Below, piece by piece: positions 34,600-41,675 of a stretch of 42,992 bases of DNA. A program made the translations under genes and the position numbers. The stretch comes from a virus: positions 1-42,992 of IMG/VR virus record IMGVR_UViG_3300022665_000250; one strand, written 5' to 3'. Positions within the stretch are counted from its first letter, which is position 1. The number at the start of each line of letters is the position of its first letter. Under the pieces are notes generated by a model. That model saw only the letters and a program-made list of their open reading frames with translations. It made no database searches and was not told the origin of the DNA.

Positions 34600-34944
34600 A
34601 TGAAACCAGAAACAATGATGATTGATGATGTGAAATACGTGCGCGAAGACTCAATAAAAGTATTCGCGCTGCCTGATGGAGATTTTTCTCCTTGGGAAAC
34701 AGGCGAGGAATATCACATCGAAACAGCAACTAAGTATTATCTCGGAAGATTGATACTGGTCACAGACAAGGAATTAGTTGTTGACGGTGCTTCATGGGTG
34801 GCCGATACAGGTAGATTTAACGAGTACCTGAGCGGAAGCAACCCAAGCGAGAATGAACCCTACCAAAAAGGATCGGCGCTGATAATTAGTAGAGGCGCAT
34901 TGGTCTCGGCAGTTAAACGCGAAATCATAATTGAGGTTATCTGA
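34600..34944 (+). CDS. conserved phage protein of unknown function (ASWVADTGRF type)
   Basis: 114 aa. YYLGRLILVTDKELVVDGASWVADTGRFNEYLSG...EPY recalls a widespread phage DUF. Confidence 0.6.
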   Translation: MKPETMMIDDVKYVREDSIKVFALPDGDFSPWETGEEYHIETATKYYLGRLILVTDKELVVDGASWVADTGRFNEYLSGSNPSENEPYQKGSALIISRGALVSAVKREIIIEVI

Positions 34945-35180
34945 TGAACGCCGTGATGCTGCGAGAAGGTTATTTAGGGTCTGGGTCTAGGTCTTGGTCT
35001 TGGTCTGGGTCTAGGTCTGGGTCTAGGTCTGGGTCTAGGTCTGGGTCTAGGTCTTGGTCTGGGTCTGGGTCTGGGTCTGGGTCTAGGTCTGGGTCTAGGT
35101 CTGGGTCTAGGTCTTGGTCTGGGTCTAGGTCTGGGTCTAGGTCTTGGTCTTGGTCTGGGTCTGGGTCTAGGTCTGGGTAA
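34944..35180 (+). CDS. dipeptide-repeat protein: 11-aa head + (XS)33-G, X = Gly(17)/Arg(11)/Trp(6)
   Basis: The ATG overlaps the upstream stop (TGATG), with GAGG 7 nt upstream. It is co-oriented with the operon and followed by a terminator. The frame choice remains uncertain because other frames are also open. Confidence 0.5.
   Translation: MNAVMLREGYLGSGSRSWSWSGSRSGSRSGSRSGSRSWSGSGSGSGSRSGSRSGSRSWSGSRSGSRSWSWSGSGSRSG
34977..35177. repeat. 33.5 tandem hexamers NGGTCT (N = G 17, A 11, T 6, C 0)
   Basis: Read directly from the sequence. Four consecutive GGGTCT units at 35061-35084 form a G3N3 quadruplex motif on the plus strand. Confidence 0.95.
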
Positions 35181-35183
35181 ACG

Positions 35184-35210
35184 AAAAAGCCCCAAATTAA
35201 TGGGGCCTTT
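35184..35210 (+). terminator. rho-independent terminator
   Basis: AAAAA-GCCCCA-aattaa-TGGGGC-CTTTAA, starting 4 nt after the stop of the repeat ORF. Confidence 0.55.
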
Positions 35211-35318
35211 AAGTTGCAATTGAGGTTAATCAAGTGCAGTATGTCGAGTAACGAACTAGAACACGAGAAGAATCATACTGATGTTCTTTCAGTATATCAA
35301 CAAAAATTTCTTATCGTG

Positions 35319-35346
35319 TTCAAATTCGCTGCACAGTGGCGATAAT
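35319..35346 (+). promoter_or_regulatory. candidate promoter for the tRNA-like gene
   Basis: TTCAAA, 16-nt spacer, GATAAT, ending 17 nt upstream of the acceptor stem. Confidence 0.4.
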
Positions 35347-35362
35347 TGCGCGTCCAATGTTT

Positions 35363-35437
35363 AAAGGAGAGTGCACAACGGTGGTAGTGCAGCGGGGCGC
35401 ACCCGTACTGGAGGTTCGAATCCTCCCTCTTTTTCCA
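35363..35437 (+). tRNA. tRNA-like gene with canonical acceptor, D and T arms and encoded CCA, but a truncated anticodon arm (possible pseudogene or decoy)
   Basis: Acceptor AAAGGAG/CTCTTTT (one G.T pair). D arm TGCAC-N10(GG)-GTGCA. T arm GGAGG-TTCGAAT-CCTCC. Discriminator T followed by CCA. The anticodon region CGGGG-CGCA-CCCG is about 4 nt too short for a 5-bp stem plus 7-nt loop. Confidence 0.45.
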
Positions 35438-35495
35438 AAAAATTGCAGAGTAAAATTGATAGGTTAAAAGCAAATGCAAAGTAAACGGAGAGATT

Positions 35496-35720
35496 ATGAT
35501 CAATAAAGAATACTTTAGATGCGGCAGTGCTATCAGAATTTTATCTTCAGATGAAGACGGGGAAAAATTCTGGGTTCAAAAAAAATTCACATCTATCAAC
35601 GCAGCTAAACGGACATCGCGAAAGATTCAGGCGGAAGGAAAAAAACTTCGTTGCGTAGATGCTTTCCCGAAAACGCCGGATCTTAAAGAAATATCGGCAG
35701 AAGATTTGTTAGCGTCTTAA
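35496..35720 (+). CDS. hypothetical protein
   Basis: 74-aa ORF with GGAGAG upstream. Confidence 0.5.
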   Translation: MINKEYFRCGSAIRILSSDEDGEKFWVQKKFTSINAAKRTSRKIQAEGKKLRCVDAFPKTPDLKEISAEDLLAS

Positions 35721-35722
35721 CC

Positions 35723-36163
35723 ATGGATTTTGTAATTCAGCCGAATGAACTCAGGGAAAGTGTAAAACGCAACGTGTGCGCTCACATAGACGCCCTGGAG
35801 GCCGATAAGCCTTGGCTGGTAACTGTCTCTAGGTTAGTCAAGCAACGCTCAGGATTGCAACGAAAGGCCTTGTGGGGCGTTGCTTACAAGGTCATCTGCG
35901 ACGAAACGGGTTACAAAGATCAGGATTTGCATGTTTTGTTGTGTGGTGAGTACTTTGGCTGGCAGGTTAAAGACATGTTCGGGAACAAAAAACGAGTGCC
36001 AGTGAGGACGACGACACAGGATGAGGCCGGCAATCGGGATGTGATATCTCGCCAGGAATGCGGCAAATATTATGACTTTATACAGAGATTTGCGGCTGAA
36101 TACTCGGTTGACGTTCCTGATCCTGATCCAGCATGGAGATTCAAATCTAAAGGTGATGAATAA
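35723..36163 (+). CDS. NinB/Orf-family recombination protein-like
   Basis: KQRSGLQRKALWGVAYKVICDETG resembles the NinB RS..QN..LW motif. Confidence 0.5.
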   Translation: MDFVIQPNELRESVKRNVCAHIDALEADKPWLVTVSRLVKQRSGLQRKALWGVAYKVICDETGYKDQDLHVLLCGEYFGWQVKDMFGNKKRVPVRTTTQDEAGNRDVISRQECGKYYDFIQRFAAEYSVDVPDPDPAWRFKSKGDE

Positions 36164-36483
36164 TGGATTATTGGAAAGAATGCATAGAGGAAGCTTTCGA
36201 AGATTCTGGAATTGTTGCAACAGAATCTCAGATAGAAAATGTAATTTCTGCGGTAAAAGGCGCGCATGAGAATTACGGAACGGCGACTGGCGAGGAATTA
36301 ATATCTAATCCTGTCGAATTGCAGGCAGATAAAGATCTTCGCAATCTCCAGCGGGAAATTGATCGGCGAGAAAAGTGGGAAAGGGACACTCAAGTATGCC
36401 CCGTATGCATGACGACAGGGAGTTCGCTAGGTTCCATTATTTGCTATAAATGCAGTGGTAAAGGCAGGATTATTAGAAGCTAA
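36163..36483 (+). CDS. hypothetical protein with C-terminal CxxC...CxxCxGxG zinc finger
   Basis: CPVCMTTGS...CYKCSGKGRI is a DnaJ-type zinc-finger pattern. ATGA-type overlap with the upstream gene. Confidence 0.5.
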   Translation: MDYWKECIEEAFEDSGIVATESQIENVISAVKGAHENYGTATGEELISNPVELQADKDLRNLQREIDRREKWERDTQVCPVCMTTGSSLGSIICYKCSGKGRIIRS

Positions 36484-36495
36484 GAGGCGAAGTAG

Positions 36496-36747
36496 ATGAT
36501 AAATGAAGCAACTGCGAGAAATTATAGTCTAGATGAGATGGTGAGGATAAACGAGCCGTGGTGCGCTACTGAGATTTATAGGCGACTGCAGGAAGAACCT
36601 AATATTGTTGTGGATGTGTCTGGATATTACACTCAGGATGAATACGAAGATGCAGGTCTTGACGAGTATGATCGCGGGATACGAGAGGGATATAGCGAGG
36701 GATACAAAGACAAATCTGACGGCAAGAAAAACAGGGATGAGTTTTAA
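36496..36747 (+). CDS. hypothetical acidic protein
   Basis: 83-aa ORF. Confidence 0.45.
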   Translation: MINEATARNYSLDEMVRINEPWCATEIYRRLQEEPNIVVDVSGYYTQDEYEDAGLDEYDRGIREGYSEGYKDKSDGKKNRDEF

Positions 36748-36749
36748 TC

Positions 36750-36941
36750 ATGGAGTGGGGACCAACGATACGCGGGCCATCAGGCGGGATCAAAAGGATG
36801 CCTCAAACCAAGCACAATATCGTGATATTGGTGCGTGATCCGGGCTATATCGACCGCACTCGCTCCAGGGAGCCGCTTTCTAGTAATCAGACGCGACTCG
36901 CTCTAGAAAGGCAACGAGATAGGGCTTTGAATGGAAAGTAA
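36750..36941 (+). CDS. hypothetical protein
   Basis: 63-aa ORF. Its 3' end (LERQRDRALNGK) is duplicated at the 3' end of the HD hydrolase gene. Confidence 0.4.
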   Translation: MEWGPTIRGPSGGIKRMPQTKHNIVILVRDPGYIDRTRSREPLSSNQTRLALERQRDRALNGK

Positions 36942-36968
36942 AACAATTCGCCGAACGAGGATAGCTGG

Positions 36969-37516
36969 ATGAATTCAAAATTGATTGAAAAGCCCTTATT
37001 TATGCTACTGCGGCTCATCAAGCGGTCGGGCAGCTAAGGAAGTACACAGGTGCGCCGTATATTGTTCATCCGATTGAAGTATCTCGCATTGTTGAGGATG
37101 TCGGCGGCACAGAAGATATGATTTGTGCTGCTCTACTACATGATGTCGTCGAAGACACGAAAATAACCTCAAGACAAATATGGGAACAATTCGGGTCAAA
37201 TGTTTCCAACTACGTTTACTGGTTGACTGACAAGTCAAGGCCTTCGGACGGGAACAGGAAGGTGCGCAAGGAAATAGACAGAGATCATATTTCTAGCGCT
37301 CCGGCGGAAGCAAAAACGATCAAGCTTGCTGATTTGATTTGCAACACAAGGTCAATTGTTGCTCATGACCCGAAATTCGCAAAAGTTTATTTAGAGGAAA
37401 AAGGGTTGCTATTAAATGTATTGAAAGAAGGCAATGCTCATCTATATGAGCTTGCTCGTAATACTTGGTTGCGTGGGCTTGAAGGACAACGGGATAGGAG
37501 TTTGGATGCAAAGTAA
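36969..37516 (+). pseudogene. SpoT/Mesh1-type HD-domain (p)ppGpp hydrolase (small alarmone hydrolase) interrupted by a 1-nt frameshift at 36988-36991
   Basis: ATG 36969 encodes MNSKLIEK and then runs into a stop at 37035. The -1 frame continues ALIYATAAHQAVGQLRKYTGAPYIVHPIEV...AALLHDVVEDT...KLADLICN, the full HD_4 motif set. One extra A in the A4 run would fuse the two frames. The ORF track reports only the truncated 37118 start. Confidence 0.75.
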
Positions 37517-37853
37517 AAATAATGCGCCGAATGTGGCTCAAAAGCGGTGGCGAGAGGAGGTCAGGGGGCTGGGCAGCATAGTTTCTTTGAGTGGTTATTA
37601 TGGCCGGACGGTAATTCACCACCCGGTCGGCCAGTCGGCAAAAATAAAAGGGGTTGGCAACATTGGCAACTGGTGGGTCATTCCGTTGACCGAGGACCTC
37701 CATGAGGATCTGCACAACGGCGAAAAGTTCGGCTTTGAAACTCGGAAGGAGTGGGAAAAATATATGTTTGCCGATGTGATGAAGAAATTATATGGTCATC
37801 CAGATTCGCCAAGCGACGAGGTTTTGGCTGCGATCAGAGATTATAGGCGGTGA
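37506..37853 (+). CDS. HNH/His-Me-finger-like protein (Ref/DUF968-like)
   Basis: I prefer ATG 37506, which has GGAG upstream. VIHHPVGQS...NWWVIPLTEDLHEDLHNG is only a weak family resemblance. Confidence 0.35.
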   Translation: MQSKNNAPNVAQKRWREEVRGLGSIVSLSGYYGRTVIHHPVGQSAKIKGVGNIGNWWVIPLTEDLHEDLHNGEKFGFETRKEWEKYMFADVMKKLYGHPDSPSDEVLAAIRDYRR

Positions 37854-38194
37854 ACCAGGCAGAAACCCTATTAAAAATTCATCTAACGGAAGAAAAAATC
37901 CCATTTGAAACAGAGGTGGAGCTTGTAGATAACCGAAAGTTTCGATGGGATTTTGTCATAGGCAAACTGGCGGTCGAGATTCAAGGCGGTATCTGGCGCA
38001 AGAAAGGGGCGCACAATACCGGGTCAGCTATTATGCGTGATTGTGTGAAATGCAGATTGGCCGTAAATGCTGGTTATATTCCGGTTTTCTTTGTCACTTC
38101 TGAGGTTTTGGACGGCACGGCAATTAAGTGGATTAAGAATTATCGTGAGCATAGATGGGATTTTGTTGCCGGCCAGTCACTTTTCGTCATCTAA
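37850..38194 (+). CDS. PD-(D/E)XK endonuclease (Vsr/DUF559-like)
   Basis: FRWDFVIGKLAVEIQGGIW...D..K pattern. It is the last gene of the early-right operon. Confidence 0.5.
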   Translation: MNQAETLLKIHLTEEKIPFETEVELVDNRKFRWDFVIGKLAVEIQGGIWRKKGAHNTGSAIMRDCVKCRLAVNAGYIPVFFVTSEVLDGTAIKWIKNYREHRWDFVAGQSLFVI

Positions 38195-38219
38195 CGAGCA
38201 AAAGTGCTGTTTTTGGCGT

Positions 38220-38248
38220 TTGTGTAAAATTGACGACAACGGTAGAAT
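38220..38248 (+). promoter_or_regulatory. candidate promoter for the late/packaging operon
   Basis: TTGTGT, 17-nt spacer, TAGAAT, in the 325-bp gap before the small terminase gene. Confidence 0.3.
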
Positions 38249-38364
38249 GGGGGCTGTAGAGGATTGAGTGCCAGTATTCACGGGTTTATATAAAAGTAAT
38301 CTCCCCTTAGTTGATTTCGATGAAATATGATAGAATTAGCTAATGACGATAAATAATTATCAAA

Positions 38365-38520
38365 GTGAATGCCTATTTGTACAGCTACAAGGGCGAGCCG
38401 GTAGAGGTAATTGCCCAGTCAGATAAAGTTGATCTTATCCAGATCGGCGACAGGGTTGTGCTCGTCAAAAAAGAATCCAAAAAATCACCTAAATTGAGAT
38501 TGATTAAAAAGGCAACATAA
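38365..38520 (+). CDS. 51-aa hypothetical protein (GTG start)
   Basis: The frame is open and ends in a TAATG overlap with the small terminase start. There is no SD, so support is weak. Confidence 0.25.
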   Translation: MNAYLYSYKGEPVEVIAQSDKVDLIQIGDRVVLVKKESKKSPKLRLIKKAT

Positions 38521-38918
38521 TGCCCGCAGGAAGACCGTTATTAGAGATAACCCCAGCGCTATGCGAAAAAGCTGAAACCCTTGCTGGTAAAGGGTTGACT
38601 ATTAATCAGATAGCACTATCACTCGGAATGGGTAAGAGCACACTGTATGATAAAAAGGCTGAATACGTGGAGTTCTCGGATGCAATAGAGAGGGGTAGAG
38701 CAAAAGGGATAGAAACTATCACGAATGCCCTATTTAAAAACGCTTCTGAAGGCGACACAGTGGCCCAGAAATATTATCTCAACAACAGGGATAATGATAA
38801 CTGGAAAGACCGGATACATAGCAACACTGAGCACACAGGGGAAGTCACCCATGTTGTTATGTCGGCAGATGAATACAAAAAAGCTCGTGAAGAAATGCTA
38901 AATGACGATGAATGCTAA
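38520..38918 (+). CDS. terminase small subunit
   Basis: 132 aa with an N-terminal HTH (GLTINQIALSLGMGKSTLY). It lies immediately upstream of, and overlaps, the large terminase gene. Confidence 0.7.
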   Translation: MPAGRPLLEITPALCEKAETLAGKGLTINQIALSLGMGKSTLYDKKAEYVEFSDAIERGRAKGIETITNALFKNASEGDTVAQKYYLNNRDNDNWKDRIHSNTEHTGEVTHVVMSADEYKKAREEMLNDDEC

Positions 38919-40398
38919 GCATGTTTTTGCTAGGCGCGCTGAGTGCGCAGAAGACGGGTTGTATTTCAATCGGTATTTCTTCAAGCAGCGATTCGGCACG
39001 AAAATGGTCATTGGACGACATCATGTCGTTATTCAACGCGCACTTGACCGGACAATGCTGCCTCCTGACCACCCTGATTTTATATCCCGATTAATAATCA
39101 ACGTTTCTCCCGGCTATTCAAAAACCGAACAGTGCTCAATTAACTACATGGCCAGAGGGCTGGCTATTAACCCAATGGCTCGTTTCCTGCATTTGTCCTA
39201 CTCAGACAGATTAGTAATGTTAAACAGCAGCACAAGTCGAGAGATTGTAAAGTCATCAGATTTTCAGGGCATGTGGCCTGTCGGCATTAAAAACGACACT
39301 GATAGTAAAAAGATTTGGCACACTGATGACAATGGCGGCATTACGGCAACGGCTGCAGGCGGGCAGGTGACAGGCTTTAGAGCCGGCCATATGGATTACA
39401 GCAAGTTTACTGGATCTTTGATCATTGATGATCCAGTAAAGCCTGATGACGCATACAGTGAGACTATCAGGAAGGCAGTCAATAACGCTTACAATGAGAC
39501 AATAGCTAGTCGATTGGCTATTGAGACGATACCGATCATTGTCGTCATGCAGCGGATACACTGGGATGATTTGAGCGGTTATTTGTTAAGAGGCGGATCG
39601 GGTGAAGATTGGTATCACCTCAATCTCCCTGTGATTATTGATAACAGGGAAAAATATCCAAAAGAATATACCCACGGTATCCCCATAGATCACGGTCTTG
39701 AAGACGGCTGGTTGTGGCCCTTTAAACATAACGCAAAACATGAAAAAGCGCTAAAGTCTCACCGACGCCGGTATGCTGCACAATACAAACAAAAACCGAT
39801 TAAACGCGATGAAGAAACGAGTTTATGGCCAGAAAAGTTAATCGCCAAGGCCAGGGCTTTGGATATCACTACGCAGCCCATTAGGACGATTGTCGCTGTT
39901 GACCCTGCAACTACAAATACTGAAACATCTGATTATCACGGCATTATTGTCGGCAGTGAATATCCTGACAATAAATACAGCATCGACGCTGACTACACAC
40001 GCAAAGGATCGCCGCTGACCTGGGCTGAGGCGACGATTGCCGCTGTTGATCAACATGATGCTGATGCAGTGGTCATTGAGACCAATCAGGGCGGCGACAT
40101 GTGCGAATCGAATCTGCGTAACGCCGGATATACTGGGCGCGTGATTAGAGTGACAGCAAAAAAAGGCAAAACGCTACGCGCTGAACCGGTTGTCGCGTTG
40201 TATGAGTTGGGGCTTGTAAAACATAAAGCGGGATTGTCAGCGACTGAAGACGAAATGATGGATTTTGACCCTGTAACACAGAAATCAGGCGGAGAATCCC
40301 CTAACAGGGTTGATGCGGCAGTCTATGTACTGTCTGAGTTGTCAGGTGTAGACTCAGACCTCGGAACATTACTGAAAATGGCAATGGGGGCGAATTAA
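38902..40398 (+). CDS. terminase large subunit
   Basis: 498 aa with the Walker A-like VSPGYSKTE, Walker B LIIDDP and a C-terminal RNaseH-like nuclease region (AVDPA...VIETNQGGD). Confidence 0.85.
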   Translation: MTMNAKHVFARRAECAEDGLYFNRYFFKQRFGTKMVIGRHHVVIQRALDRTMLPPDHPDFISRLIINVSPGYSKTEQCSINYMARGLAINPMARFLHLSYSDRLVMLNSSTSREIVKSSDFQGMWPVGIKNDTDSKKIWHTDDNGGITATAAGGQVTGFRAGHMDYSKFTGSLIIDDPVKPDDAYSETIRKAVNNAYNETIASRLAIETIPIIVVMQRIHWDDLSGYLLRGGSGEDWYHLNLPVIIDNREKYPKEYTHGIPIDHGLEDGWLWPFKHNAKHEKALKSHRRRYAAQYKQKPIKRDEETSLWPEKLIAKARALDITTQPIRTIVAVDPATTNTETSDYHGIIVGSEYPDNKYSIDADYTRKGSPLTWAEATIAAVDQHDADAVVIETNQGGDMCESNLRNAGYTGRVIRVTAKKGKTLRAEPVVALYELGLVKHKAGLSATEDEMMDFDPVTQKSGGESPNRVDAAVYVLSELSGVDSDLGTLLKMAMGAN

Positions 40399-41675
40399 TG
40401 GCAATGCAGCGAAGCATGTTGGAATCGATGGTTGCGCCAATGTTAGTCAGTTTAAAAGACGGTATACTGGTGCCTATTCTCAGAATGCCGTTGATTAGTG
40501 ATCTATCATTAGCTCGTGGTGTCGGCGTCGCTGCTTTCACCAGATCAACAATTGGCACGTTTGTTGATCTGGATGATGGATTAGTTAAAACAGCAGCTAT
40601 TGATGAGGCTAGATTTGAGACTAACGGAGTGCTGATAGAGGGTGTCAGTACTAATATATTGACACGAAGTGAAGAGCTTGATAATGCAGCTTGGAGTAAA
40701 TTTAATCTATCTATTTCTGCTAATGTTTCAACTGCTCCTGATGGATTATTAACAGCAGATAAAGTAATTCCTTCTGCAATTAATAATACTAAGTTTTTAC
40801 GTCAACTTTTTACTCCAACAGCGGGAGTTGACTATACGCAATCTTTATATGCTAAGTCTAACGGGTATGATTTTATACAGATAGCTTTTGGGGGCGCATT
40901 CACTTCGGCCATTGACTGGGTCAATATTAACTTATCAACAGGTGAAATTGGTAATATAGGCGCTGGATTAATAGGAAGGGTAACCATTCAATCACTGGGG
41001 AATGGATGGTTCAGAATATCAGCTACTTCAACTGCTCAGGTAACAACGTTAGATGGATTGCAATTGCAGGTGTTACCTACAGACATAAATTCTAGAAATC
41101 CTTCGTTTATAGGTGATGGCACGTCAGGTGTTGACATGTGGGGACTGCAACTAGAAGAACTCCCATTTGCTTCTTCTTACATCGCTACAGCAGCTACCTC
41201 AGTAACTCGTACAGCCGACAATCTCAGTATTGACGCGGCTAATATTCCAGCGCCTGCATTGGCTTACAGTGTTAGTGCTGATGCTGATTTGATTGGACTT
41301 GGTGATGCTGATCAATTCGGCCGAGCGCTCTACAATATGGCAGGTGAAAGTTTCAGATTAATTAGAGTTTGGGAAAATTCCACTAATCTTCCAAGATCAT
41401 TTCACGGCAATAATCCATCAAACGATTTTATAAATGGTGGGATTTCAGATCCAAACACGCTTGTAAAATATGCTGTTACTTTTAACTCAATCCAAAGTGA
41501 GTTGTTTCAGGATGGTTTATCACAAGGTATAAATATCCCTGGTGGCCCGCCTGTAGGAACAAAATCAAGCATACAAATAGGTAAGGCGATTTCTACCGAT
41601 TTTCTATTCGGACATGTTAAAGATTTACGTATTTACGACGTAGCATTGACAGATAGTCAGGTGGCATCACTATGA
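40398..41675 (+). CDS. LamG/concanavalin-like domain protein (putative carbohydrate-binding virion accessory protein)
   Basis: ARFETNGVLIEGVSTNILTRSEELDNAAWSK...APDGLLTADKV, plus a C-terminal VKDLRIYDVALTDSQVASL typical of LamG domains. TAATG overlap with the terminase gene. Confidence 0.5.
   Translation: MAMQRSMLESMVAPMLVSLKDGILVPILRMPLISDLSLARGVGVAAFTRSTIGTFVDLDDGLVKTAAIDEARFETNGVLIEGVSTNILTRSEELDNAAWSKFNLSISANVSTAPDGLLTADKVIPSAINNTKFLRQLFTPTAGVDYTQSLYAKSNGYDFIQIAFGGAFTSAIDWVNINLSTGEIGNIGAGLIGRVTIQSLGNGWFRISATSTAQVTTLDGLQLQVLPTDINSRNPSFIGDGTSGVDMWGLQLEELPFASSYIATAATSVTRTADNLSIDAANIPAPALAYSVSADADLIGLGDADQFGRALYNMAGESFRLIRVWENSTNLPRSFHGNNPSNDFINGGISDPNTLVKYAVTFNSIQSELFQDGLSQGINIPGGPPVGTKSSIQIGKAISTDFLFGHVKDLRIYDVALTDSQVASL

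Noticed and set aside
34394-34600. 68-aa ORF MISSGGGVVMDRTCRR...
   Set aside because: Its composition (Gly/Arg/Pro/Lys) is not protein-like, and it coincides with a GC-rich region that has strong long-range inverted repeats flanked by direct repeats. I treat the region as a candidate non-coding or insertion element, but the ORF cannot be excluded without comparative data.
34939-34975. CTGATGA...GAA resemblance to a hammerhead ribozyme core at the junction with the repeat ORF.
   Set aside because: I could not build stems I-III or find the GAAA element in the correct context. The CTGATGA is simply the stop/start overlap (TGATG).
28039-35177. Possibility that the short-period arrays (hexamer arrays, 11-bp arrays, iterons) are CRISPR arrays.
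   Set aside because: The periods are 6, 11 and ~22 bp with no unique spacers of 25-40 bp between repeats, and there are no cas genes. These are not CRISPR arrays.
34974-35219. Minus-strand ORF encoding a perfect (PR)n poly-dipeptide. The related frame 34970..35233 encodes DLDPDP repeats.
   Set aside because: This ORF is antisense to the operon. Its start codon lies inside the terminator hairpin and has no SD. All its frames are open only because the hexamer array lacks stop codons. The silent-variation argument is not unique, because the variable base is also a wobble position in a plus-strand (GL)n frame. I keep it as a caveat in the finding, not as a feature.
35297-35503. 68-aa minus-strand ORF.
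   Set aside because: It overlaps the tRNA-like gene and its promoter and is antisense to the surrounding plus-strand genes.
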